This document shows positions 10,417 through 19,149 of a stretch of 64,000 bases of DNA, piece by piece; positions within the stretch are counted from its first letter, which is position 1, and each line of letters starts with the position of its first letter. The position numbers and the translations under genes are program-made. Location of the stretch: positions 704,001 through 768,000 of the forward strand of contig OY781964.1 of the NCBI GenBank assembly GCA_963677485.1, written 5' to 3'. Origin of the DNA: Armatimonadota bacterium. GTDB lineage: Bacteria; Armatimonadota; HRBIN16. Under the pieces are notes generated by a model. That model was not told where the DNA came from. It made no database searches and saw only the letters and a program-made list of their open reading frames with translations.

Positions 10417-10442
10417 GTGGGGCAAGGCACGCCTTGCCCCAC
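10417..10442. repeat. REP-like palindrome between convergent genes
   Basis: GTGGGGCAAGGCACGCCTTGCCCCAC; similar to the copy at 22289-22315. Confidence 0.7.
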
Positions 10443-10451
10443 CGTTCGATG

Positions 10452-11582
10452 CTACTTGGTGGATGCCTCCACTGGCACGGCGGTAGTGATGTCCAGTTTA
10501 GCCAGCTTGGCATCAAACTGCGCTTTCACACCCGGCAGGCTGTTCAGTGCCTGCCACGGCAGATACAGCACACCCTTGCGGTTGAGCACCTTGGCATCCA
10601 GTGCCAGCTGCTTGCCGTCTAAGCTGAACGCTTTAGCGTTGGCCTTGGCGGCGAGGGCGTGGCCCTTGGCTAGGGCCCGGACAGTAGTTAAAGCGATGTA
10701 GGCCTGATTCTTCACCACTACTAGCGGGAAGCCGAGTTTTGCATCCTTCCCGTTTTGCAATACGCTGACAGCCGGCCATTTGGTGGCTGCTTTGGTCGTC
10801 TTTTTCCCTAGATGGCGATCATTACTCGCGAAAATCAGCAACCTTGCATCAACAACATCGCCTGTTGTCGCACTCACATTTACACAAACGATTGGCAATC
10901 CCATCTTGTCTTCAGGGCTACATGTATCCCTATTACTAAGGTAGAAGTTAAAAGGATATGCAATGTATGGATCACCATTCATTTCGGTACATATCACCGC
11001 AGTTTTAAGCATGGAATCATCATCAAAAACATATGGCCATGTATATCTTTCATTATTGACCATGTAAACCCAGTTGCTTGCGACTCTATGCGCAATACGA
11101 TATGCATCTTCGATATTTACCTTATTTGGAGGTAGAGGCTTGTCTGTCGATTGTGATTGAGCCGTAAAACCAATCGCCGAGGTTCCTGCATATGCAATAT
11201 CAATTGCAACACGTGAATCGAGTAATCCTTCGTCATGTTCGAGGAGATACATACCACGATAGTATTTAACCATCCTATCCCTAGGAATATCTGGTCGTAG
11301 GTTCCACACCAAATCGTCGTTATAAGTCTCGATTAGTGGCCACATACCGTTTTCAGGTAAACCTTGACTGTTGTAAGTCAATGTAAAGTTTTGTTTATCG
11401 AATAGCACAAGGTATTTGGATGAACCTTTGACGTCAACAGAAGGAATGATCTTGGGACTTTCATTTTGGCAAATTTGGGGCAACTGCTGTTGCACCACAT
11501 TCATGATTCGTTCGATATCGTCGGCATGACAGGCGATAGTCAGAATGACTATTGCCCATATTACAGTAATGACACGTTTCAT
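10452..11582 (-). CDS. Secreted protein with a PepSY-like motif and a conserved C-terminal stalk (copper-amine-oxidase-N-like) domain
   Basis: Signal peptide; VNIEDAYRIA...VNVSATTGDV; C-terminal LDGK...YLPWQAL..LPGVK shared with three genes at 22360-25951. Confidence 0.7.
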   Translation of the reverse strand: MKRVITVIWAIVILTIACHADDIERIMNVVQQQLPQICQNESPKIIPSVDVKGSSKYLVLFDKQNFTLTYNSQGLPENGMWPLIETYNDDLVWNLRPDIPRDRMVKYYRGMYLLEHDEGLLDSRVAIDIAYAGTSAIGFTAQSQSTDKPLPPNKVNIEDAYRIAHRVASNWVYMVNNERYTWPYVFDDDSMLKTAVICTEMNGDPYIAYPFNFYLSNRDTCSPEDKMGLPIVCVNVSATTGDVVDARLLIFASNDRHLGKKTTKAATKWPAVSVLQNGKDAKLGFPLVVVKNQAYIALTTVRALAKGHALAAKANAKAFSLDGKQLALDAKVLNRKGVLYLPWQALNSLPGVKAQFDAKLAKLDITTAVPVEASTK

Positions 11583-11593
11583 CTCTTTCTCCG

Positions 11594-13667
11594 TTATAAA
11601 AGTGTAAGGCCAAGAACAACAGCGTGTTCTGGCATTGGGTATGGATATTCGTTTCCAAGTTGAGCCTTTGTATCGCTAAATGATGTTTGCAGTTCATCTG
11701 AGCTCATTCCAAAGTTATGTGAACTCCAGTGATCCATCCATACTTCTTCTAGGCGATCTAGCAGAGTATTAGGAACCTCAGTACTGAATGCTATAACTCT
11801 CCATCCACGATTATGAAGATGATAGGCAAAACTCGTACTGCCACCAGATGCAGTAAAGCATGCATGCAAGATAGCTAATCTCCCAGCATTGTTGTCGAGA
11901 GGCATTGGTAGTGTATCAATGTCCGATGTTGTTAGGTAAGTGTTATTAGAACAAAGTAGTCTGCTAGATTCACCATGACCGTAGAATACAAACAGAGTGG
12001 GAGAAACTCCTGCCTGTGGCGAACTCCAAGACAAGTAACCGGTTGGGCTCCCGTATGACAAAGTTGATTTGATTGCGTCTGCGTCATCCGGGTCTGGCAG
12101 GCTTTGTGGAACATATGATGTCCCGATCGCCTTCCCGCATGTCGAAATATAAAATCCACTGCTTCGGTTGATCGGAGTGCCATTCAAACTGACATATGGA
12201 GCAGACTTAATTGTTGGCACGGTATTATTAAAGTAGAACGATAATCCGTACACCCGCTGCACAATACTGGCCCCAAGAATTGGTCTGCTCCGGTGAGATT
12301 TATCTGTAGCCAAGTTGTTATCATCACCACATAGAAACAACCTGTAGTCGCCACAAATAGACGAAGGTGCATACGAATATGTTTTCACTAGTGCTCCAAT
12401 CTGGGCAGAGGCTACATTATATGACTGGGTAACTGCGATATCTAGGTCTGGTTTGAATATCGTCATTTGCCCGTTATCCACAGATCCTGATGTAGACCCA
12501 TATACATTGGTCGTGTATGTGCTGCCTTGCGAATTGACCGCAGATAATGATAACGAGCTTAGTGTAGTTGTCGATTTATCACATACCGTATCAACACCGC
12601 CATCTTGTGTATGTGATACGGTTACCTTGAACACATATATCCCTGGTGTACATAACTGTCCTGAGTCATTTTTTCCATCCCACTGAATAAAGGATAGGTT
12701 GCTGGTCCAAGAATCCGTCATAGTCCGAATCTGTATTACGAACGTACTTGATTGGGGTTTATTGTCAGATTGGGTGATCTCAATCGTGTCAATATTACCA
12801 CCAGGTTTTAGCTTTAAAAACGCAGGAGCGGTAGTAATATCAAGGTTACCAACATTGACCCCATATGAAGGTGTTTCCGGGAACACCGTTTCACTAAGTC
12901 CTGGTAGTAGTAGGTAGCCCTCATTCTCACCTCATAGTGCGAGTTATGCAGGGAAAGAGTGTTCCACAACACCTTGAAAGTTTTGGTTACCACAGAATGG
13001 GCATCTGTCGTTGTTGATAATAGCTCTGGGGGTGTCGTGATCGCGGTCCAGTCGGATGTATACGGTGAGTTGTTCTCACGATATTCGAGTACCAGGTTTT
13101 GCTGGGTAGCGGCGTATGTGGTTGTTGTGTAGTTTATCTCATGTAGACCTGCCGCAGAGGCATCACATTTAGTAGTTGCGATGGCACCGGTTGGTACTCC
13201 TACCTGGAATGTGCGGGTCACCGGCTTATCGTTCCTGTCGCCCGTGTCTGGTGGCCATATAGCTCCCACATCATCCACTATTAGCTGGCACGTACATAGA
13301 CCTTTAGCGTCTGATGCTAATGCCCAGTGCATAATAGCCCTCCAGTTACAAAACCAGAATCGGTTGACCATGAATAGGTGCATTGGTCTGAAGCAGGTCC
13401 GTTATCGGGTGACTCGATGTAGTAGTCCAGGTCTGATATCACGGCATATATAACAAAAGCACTGCCTGCATGGGTTACAGTAGCAGTTGGTGTAATACCT
13501 GTGAATACACTTATTTCGCTAGGGAGAGCGGCCCACGCCTTAGCGGCTTGTGCTTGTAGAGGAAAAACAGTCAACAACGCCGCTACAGCGCACAGCGCAA
13601 GCGGTGCGCAAGCGGTGCGCAAGCGGTGCGCAAGCGGGTGATTTCGTGACGTAGATTCATGACGCAT
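11594..13667 (-). pseudogene. Secreted multidomain protein (PKD/Ig-like + FlgD-Ig + clan CD cysteine-peptidase-like domain) split by two frameshifts
   Basis: ORFs 13317-13667 (signal peptide), 12814-13383 and 11594-12886 overlap and read continuously if 1 nt is added near 13340 and 1 nt near 12900 (about 691 aa). Motifs: WDGKNDSGQLCTPGIY; FVFYGHG...LAILHACFT. Confidence 0.6.
13595..13637. repeat. 11-bp tandem repeat (GCGCAAGCGGT), about 4 copies, in the signal-peptide coding region
   Basis: Units start at 13595, 13606, 13617 and 13628. Confidence 0.95.
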
Positions 13668-14036
13668 TACTCCTTTGGGTTAGTTATGCTTCGTATAAAA
13701 CGACAACATTGTATTGAGTATACTCCATTTCCACAGCATGTCAAGTCGTTTCTAGCATATTTATCACAAAGATACTATTTCCGTGTTATCCATTTTTGAT
13801 GGAAATATGTTCCGTTTGCATTCTTGTGGTTATGGATCGACTTGAAGGTATTGCGTACCGGCTACGCCACTCGCTCCGGCACATGACTATAGATCATAAA
13901 GACCTATGGAAGCATGCTGCAGGAATTAGCAAGGGTATGAAACCCGCGTCATGATGCAGTTTTTTCCGCTTAGTGAGAGAGATGGAACAGACGGAGGCCC
14001 ATATTTGGTATACTAATGTAAATTGAGGTTCAAAAT

Positions 14037-15518
14037 ATGATAGATAAACTCCGCGAAGGACTTAGCTTCGACGACGTGTTGCTAATCCCGTTAGGTACCG
14101 AAATTACACCCGACAAGGTCGATACATCCAGCCTGCTGATAGGCAAGATTGTATTACAAATCCCGGTGATCAGTTCACCAATGGATACGGTCACCGAGGC
14201 CCGCATGGCCATCGCCATGGCTCGCGAGGGCAGTGCCGGTGTCATCCACCGCAATATGTCCATCGAACAGCAAGCTGCCGAAGTAGACAAAGTCAAGCGC
14301 AGCGAACACGGCATCATCGTAGACCCGATCTCCCTAAGCCCCAACCACACCATCCGCGAAGCACTTGCGTTGATGGAGCATTACCATATATCCGGTGTGC
14401 CAATCACTGACGACGACAACATTTTAGTGGGCATCTTGACAAATCGAGATACCCGCTTTGAAACCCAGTTCGAACGTAAAATTTCCGAAGTGATGACGTC
14501 CAGAGACCGCCTGGTGACCGCGACGGTAGGCACGACCCTGGCACAGGCTCAAGAGATGCTGCACACGCACCGCATTGAAAAGCTGCCACTGACCGATGAT
14601 GCCGGCCACCTCAAAGGCCTCATCACCATCAAAGATATCCAAAAGGTGCGTGACTTCCCGAAAGCCACTAAAGACTCCCGAGGGCGTCTGGTGGTCGGCG
14701 CGGCCGTCGGCCCACTGCGGCAGCCCGTCGAGCGCTCGGCCGCGTTAGCAGCAGCCGGGGCGGACTTCATCGTGGTGGACAGTGCCCATGGTCACAGCAG
14801 AGGCGTGTTGAATGCCGTCACTGCAATCAAAACTGCTTTCCCTGGTCTATTAGTGATCGCCGGAAATGTGGCCACAAAAGATGGCACAAAAGCGATGATC
14901 GACGCTGGCGTAGATGCCATCCGTGTAGGTATCGGAGCAGGCTCCATCTGCACCACCCGAGTGGTGGCTGGCGTTGGGGTGCCGCAGCTTACGGCTGTGG
15001 TAGACTGCGCAGAAGAGGCCGCTAAGCACAATATCCCCACCATCGCTGATGGTGGCCTACGGCTATCTGGTGACATGGCAAAGGCATTGGCCGGCGGAGC
15101 CAGCGCTGTGATGGTTGGCAACGCACTGGCAGGTACCGAAGAGGCCCCCGGTGAGGTAGTCCTATATCAAGGCCGGTCTTACAAAGAATACCGCGGCATG
15201 GGTTCCATTGCAGCAATGCAGCAAGGCAGCAGCGACCGCTACTACCAGGACAAAGCGGCCAAGTTCGTGCCTGAAGGCGTAGAAGGCCGTGTGCCCTACA
15301 AAGGGCCAGTAGCCGATGTGTTGTATCAAATGGTGGGCGGTATCCGCAGCGGAATGGGATACCTGGGAGCTCACACCATTGCAGAGATGCAAGAGAAGGC
15401 GCAGTTCATCAAAATCAGCGCGGCATCCTTACGTGAAAGCCATCCGCATGACGTGTGGATCACGAAAGAACCGCCGAACTACTCCTCAGAAACCAGCCAG
15501 CAACAGAGCAGCGAATAG
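14037..15518 (+). CDS. guaB: IMP dehydrogenase
   Basis: GLSFDDVLL, CBS pair, GIGAGSICTTR, YRGMGS, VPEGVEG. Confidence 0.97.
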   Translation: MIDKLREGLSFDDVLLIPLGTEITPDKVDTSSLLIGKIVLQIPVISSPMDTVTEARMAIAMAREGSAGVIHRNMSIEQQAAEVDKVKRSEHGIIVDPISLSPNHTIREALALMEHYHISGVPITDDDNILVGILTNRDTRFETQFERKISEVMTSRDRLVTATVGTTLAQAQEMLHTHRIEKLPLTDDAGHLKGLITIKDIQKVRDFPKATKDSRGRLVVGAAVGPLRQPVERSAALAAAGADFIVVDSAHGHSRGVLNAVTAIKTAFPGLLVIAGNVATKDGTKAMIDAGVDAIRVGIGAGSICTTRVVAGVGVPQLTAVVDCAEEAAKHNIPTIADGGLRLSGDMAKALAGGASAVMVGNALAGTEEAPGEVVLYQGRSYKEYRGMGSIAAMQQGSSDRYYQDKAAKFVPEGVEGRVPYKGPVADVLYQMVGGIRSGMGYLGAHTIAEMQEKAQFIKISAASLRESHPHDVWITKEPPNYSSETSQQQSSE

Positions 15519-15620
15519 CGGACTTAGCGGACTAGGCAGCACGGTCCTGATTTCGAAGCGGCCCGTAGCAATGCCGATGTGGTGCCCTTGGGTGCCATTT
15601 GGCTTGTTCGCATCTAGCGC

Positions 15621-15779
15621 TGCCTAAGTCCGGGGCGGTCTGGCGGGACGCTTGCGGGTGCAGAGAGCTCAAGACCGCGCCGGTCTGGCGGACAGCCATG
15701 AAAAAATGGTGTCGGGAACAAGACCGGTGCGGTCAGTATCCAGTGGTCACAACAAGCCACCCGAAAGACCGCCCCGGCC
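15621..15779. repeat. Family-B 77-bp palindromic repeat plus a degenerate inverted partner
   Basis: TGCCTAAGTCCGGGGCGGTCTG...AGACCGCGCCGGTCTGGCGGACAGCC (15621-15697); weaker inverse copy at 15721-15779; other copies at 32018, 44195 and 44283. Confidence 0.85.
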
Positions 15780-15805
15780 AAAGCCAACACGTGATATACA
15801 AGGAT

Positions 15806-16279
15806 ATGCGAATTTCAATGCAGGGTCATAAAGGCAAACTATCCACCGCGTTGGCGGTGGTATATCTGCTGGCCCTGGCTGGAGTTCTTGTAGCCGGAAT
15901 GCTCACCTACTGGCATATCGTCGGTGCCGATGTTCCCTGCACTAACCAGGGGTGTGACATCGTGGCACAATCGCCATACAGTCGTATATTCGGCATTCCG
16001 GTCGCCGCGTTGGGTCTGGGGTTTTATGCATTCTGCACAGCGGTCACAGCCTTGCTGCCTTCACTCAGCCGAAAAGCGGCCATGTGGCTGTTAAATGCCT
16101 TGTTGCTGTTCTGCATCATAGCTGTGATGGCATCAATATACCTCACCTATCTAGAGTTGGCGGTTATACATGCCGTGTGTCAGTGGTGCATGGCTTCCGC
16201 GCTGATATCACTTTTGCTGCTTCCGGCCAGTATCGTGCTTCGACGCATCTACCATCGTTCCATACTTGATGAGGGGTAA
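15806..16279 (+). CDS. Vitamin K epoxide reductase (VKOR) family protein
   Basis: CTNQGCDIVAQSPYSRIFGIPVA and CQWC motifs, TM helices; start moved downstream of the repeat. Confidence 0.9.
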   Translation: MRISMQGHKGKLSTALAVVYLLALAGVLVAGMLTYWHIVGADVPCTNQGCDIVAQSPYSRIFGIPVAALGLGFYAFCTAVTALLPSLSRKAAMWLLNALLLFCIIAVMASIYLTYLELAVIHAVCQWCMASALISLLLLPASIVLRRIYHRSILDEG

Positions 16280-16290
16280 TTCAATCATCG

Positions 16291-16947
16291 ATGAATATAA
16301 AACCTGAAACTAAATTCATGCTTACCGTTGCGGCCGTCGTAATCGTGTTAGGGGCCGTGACGGCCACGATCAACACAATCGCAAATCGTCCACCCGCGCC
16401 TCCGAAGGTCGCCAAGCCTGCGCGCGAGATATTTGATACCTCAGACCGTCCCTTTATTGGCCCGGCCGATGCGCCTGTGGTGGCCATCCAATTCAGCGAC
16501 TACTCCTGCCCTAGCTGTGCCCGCGGATCGCGACTGATACAGGAGCTCGTGAAACAATATAACCCCAAGCTCAAAATCGTGTTCCGCAATCTGCCCATGA
16601 CTAACATGCATCCCCTGGCTATGGAGCTGGCAGCGGCCGCAGAAGCCGCCCGGCTACAAGGCAAGTTCTGGGAGATGCATGACATGATGTATGCTAACCA
16701 GGACGATGCCGCCAGTAATATTCGTAAATATGCGAAATTCATCGGTATGGACATGAAGAAATTCGATGCAGACCGCGATGGTGAGGAGGCCCGCGTGGCC
16801 GTCACCAAAGACATGGAGCTGGCAGGCCGGTTTGGTATCAATAGCACCCCCTGCTATGTGCTGTTTGACGGCAACAAAGCCGGGATGATATACAGCGGCA
16901 ACGGCAAGTTTGAGCCTGCGTTGAAGAAGCTGATGGAATCCAAGTAG
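16291..16947 (+). CDS. DsbA-family thiol-disulfide oxidoreductase
   Basis: FSDYSCPSC, QGKFWEMHD, GINSTP; N-terminal anchor; adjacent to VKOR. Confidence 0.9.
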   Translation: MNIKPETKFMLTVAAVVIVLGAVTATINTIANRPPAPPKVAKPAREIFDTSDRPFIGPADAPVVAIQFSDYSCPSCARGSRLIQELVKQYNPKLKIVFRNLPMTNMHPLAMELAAAAEAARLQGKFWEMHDMMYANQDDAASNIRKYAKFIGMDMKKFDADRDGEEARVAVTKDMELAGRFGINSTPCYVLFDGNKAGMIYSGNGKFEPALKKLMESK

Positions 16948-17218
16948 ATACTGTGGCTTTTGTCAAGTCCCCAGGGGCAAATCTGGGGATTTGGACCTGA
17001 ATATCAGACACTGGCTCTAGACCACGTAGAATAACGTTAATGTGATGTTTGTGGCATATAGACCAAACCTGGATCCGCGACAGAAACAGGCTCAGATGGC
17101 ATCAGTTGGTCCGTAGCACCTCACATGACGCTCGGAGTCGCGAACGGACGTGCGACATCTTCGTGGCTTCGAAAGATATCGTTATGCTTCGATGCGTGCT
17201 ATCGGCAGACTGCCGCAG

Positions 17219-18511
17219 CTAGGATACTGGTGTCAGAACCCTCGGTTTGTTGCCCACCCGACTGCGCGATGGCCGGTTTCGGGATGCGGGCCGACCACCG
17301 CCGGCAGGAGTGGGCTCATTGGTGGGATTTCCATCCACGCATCCCCGTCTTGGAACGCTCACGTCCAGCCCAGGATCATTGCCTACACCGGCTATATCAT
17401 GGGCCGCTCCGGCACGATCCTGGACATGTCCGTTCGCGTCGGTCAGCGGTTGCTGGTTGGCCGCATTTGAAGCTTGTTCGATGCCGAAGTTTGGATCATA
17501 TGGCTGACGGCTGATTAATACCGACCACATGAGCACCAGCTGCTTGCGCATGATTGCGCACCGGACAACTCGCTTGGACTTCGGTTTCTTATTGGGATTC
17601 TTTACCAAATTCGGATGCTGCAGTTCCTTCACGAAGTCGTGCATGCTCTGGCCAAGCTTTTTCGACTTACCGTTGACCATCTTCACCACAGTGCTCGATC
17701 CACAGTAGAGTAATGTCCGCATATATCGGTCACCCATCTTGGATATGGAGCCGTCGTATGTCTTGCAGCTTCCTGACCGTTGCGGGCAGGGGTTCATTCC
17801 GAAATAGCGCGCGACCGCTTTCGATGTTTCAAATCGTTTAGCATCACCGATTTTCGCAAGGAAATAGCTTGCTGTGACGTCGCCGATACCCGGAATGCTC
17901 TTCAGCAGAGCCATATCTTCGGTCATCTGCGGTGAACTCATCACAAGCTCTTTGATCTGAACATCAAGCTTTTTGATGCCCATGTCATGAAAAGCGATCA
18001 TCTCGTCCAGCACTGTGCTCCGCGTAAGCCGACAGCTTTGGCGCTGGGCGATCGCCTGTCTGTGTTGCACCAGCATACGGCGGTCATTGGTGTAACCAAT
18101 AAGCGCATCATAGCATGCTAGACGAGGGACATAGAGTGAGACATTGTGACTTTTCACATAGTCAGCGATTAGCACGCTGTCAGAGCAGTCCGTCTTTTGT
18201 TCCCAGCCTTTGGCTTTGCGGTGATAGAGAACCCGTTTTGGCTCCAGTTGGACAGCATCGTGCTGGTGCTCGTAGAGGTAATCAAGCAGCGGTCGGCTGT
18301 AAGGCCCGGTGGCTTCAGCCGCATACAAGGCGGGAGTTCGGGTAAGCTTCTTCACCCATGACAACAACTCCTTGTATCCGGCCTTGTTGTTCTTGAACTC
18401 CTTATGGTCTATCGGCTTGTGCGATGAACCTAATACAGACGCGTCAAACGTCAATTTCGAGATGTCGATCCCGACATAATGGATGTAGATTTTGTCTTCA
18501 ACTTCGTGCAT
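17219..18511 (-). CDS. IS110-family DEDD (RuvC-like) recombinase/transposase with a long C-terminal extension
   Basis: YVGIDISK, EATGPY, KTDCSDS, SIPGIG, QRSG (Tnp serine), ISKMGD; GGAG RBS before the ATG at 18511. Confidence 0.95.
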   Translation of the reverse strand: MHEVEDKIYIHYVGIDISKLTFDASVLGSSHKPIDHKEFKNNKAGYKELLSWVKKLTRTPALYAAEATGPYSRPLLDYLYEHQHDAVQLEPKRVLYHRKAKGWEQKTDCSDSVLIADYVKSHNVSLYVPRLACYDALIGYTNDRRMLVQHRQAIAQRQSCRLTRSTVLDEMIAFHDMGIKKLDVQIKELVMSSPQMTEDMALLKSIPGIGDVTASYFLAKIGDAKRFETSKAVARYFGMNPCPQRSGSCKTYDGSISKMGDRYMRTLLYCGSSTVVKMVNGKSKKLGQSMHDFVKELQHPNLVKNPNKKPKSKRVVRCAIMRKQLVLMWSVLISRQPYDPNFGIEQASNAANQQPLTDANGHVQDRAGAAHDIAGVGNDPGLDVSVPRRGCVDGNPTNEPTPAGGGRPASRNRPSRSRVGNKPRVLTPVS

Positions 18512-18544
18512 GTGGTAATCTCCAGTTGGTAGTGATTGATGGTG

Positions 18545-18745
18545 CAATCAACCAAATCAGCCTAGCGAACACGGGGTTTTCTCCCAAGATACTGTTCGAT
18601 ATGGGTTGATTGGGAGAAGGATGCCTATCTACGTCACGGTGTTTTCCACCAGGGGCGGTTCCGGCATCCAATCCTTCTCCTTCACCCCCAGCTAAGGGGT
18701 GAGATTAGCTCCCCGACTGCTTTTGGTGTCCGGGGAGCTCACCAT
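18545..18745 (-). ncRNA. Bridge RNA of the IS110 element (5' hairpins, target-binding loop, donor-binding loop); ends approximate
   Basis: Target guides GAACCGCCCCT (18651-18661) and GACGTAG (18629-18635) inside the GGATGCC/GGCATCC stem; donor guides ACAGTATCT (18587-18595) and GCTAG (18562-18566) inside the CAATCAACC/GGTTGATTG stem. Confidence 0.85.
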
Positions 18746-18791
18746 ATATAGCGTACTAGGGGCGGTTCGCGAACCGCCCTTGCATATGATC

Positions 18792-18991
18792 CTTCGCGTG
18801 AGACCTCCCTATTCGTGGTTAAATGGCCCGGACAAGTAAGATGAGTCAGACGTGTAGGACGTGAGGCCCACCTCATCGGCATCATCTGCGCCAGCGGTGG
18901 ATGGTCCTTCGCGTCTTCGCGTCTTCGCGTGAAACCTCCCTGTTCGTGGTCAAATGGCCCGGGCAAGCAAGATGAGTCAGACGAGTAGGAC
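18792..18991. repeat. About 69-bp imperfect direct repeat, two copies, with a (CTTCGCGT)x3 microrepeat
   Basis: CTTCGCGTGA.ACCTCCCT.TTCGTGGT.AAATGGCCCGG.CAAG.AAGATGAGTCAGACG.GTAGGAC at 18792-18860 and 18923-18991. Confidence 0.85.
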
Positions 18992-19031
18992 ATCTGGTTA
19001 GCCACCCATACCAAACACCGCCCGGGGGCTC

Positions 19032-19060
19032 TTGACAAACTGCCCATTGTCTGGCATAAT
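19032..19060 (+). promoter_or_regulatory. sigma70-type promoter for tRNA-Met / hisS-aspS
   Basis: TTGACA, 17-nt spacer, CATAAT with an extended TG, 12 nt before the tRNA. Confidence 0.8.
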
Positions 19061-19072
19061 ATTTTTGCCTAT

Positions 19073-19149
19073 GGCGGAGTAGCTCAGTTGGTCAGAGCAT
19101 ACGGTTCATACCCGTAGGGTCGACGGTTCAAATCCGCCCTCCGCTACCA
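19073..19149 (+). tRNA. tRNA-Met (CAU), elongator type
   Basis: GGCGGAG acceptor stem, TACGG-TTCATAC-CCGTA anticodon arm, GGTTCAAATCC T-arm, encoded CCA; lacks the initiator C1:A72 mismatch. Confidence 0.93.

Larger units (their letters stand above)
16946..18759 (-). mobile_element. Complete IS110-family (IS621-like) insertion sequence inserted in a REP, with a CT core at both junctions
   Basis: Minus-strand junctions ...GAACCGCCC-CT-AGTACG (18759) and ACAGTAT-CT-ACTTG (16946). Removing the element restores GTAGGGGCGGTTCGCGAACCGCCCT. Confidence 0.9.

Noticed and set aside
13752-13769. Possible second Rex site (…ATCACAA)
   Set aside because: Only one half-site matches.
15599-15805. N-terminal extension of the VKOR ORF
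   Set aside because: It is translated family-B repeat; the same LPKSGAV peptide appears in the spurious ORF 32042-32422.
18792-18991. Possible CRISPR array
   Set aside because: Only two long imperfect repeats; no spacer series and no cas genes.
19073-19149. tRNA as an integration site for an island or prophage
   Set aside because: No integrase and no duplicated tRNA 3' end seen in the window.
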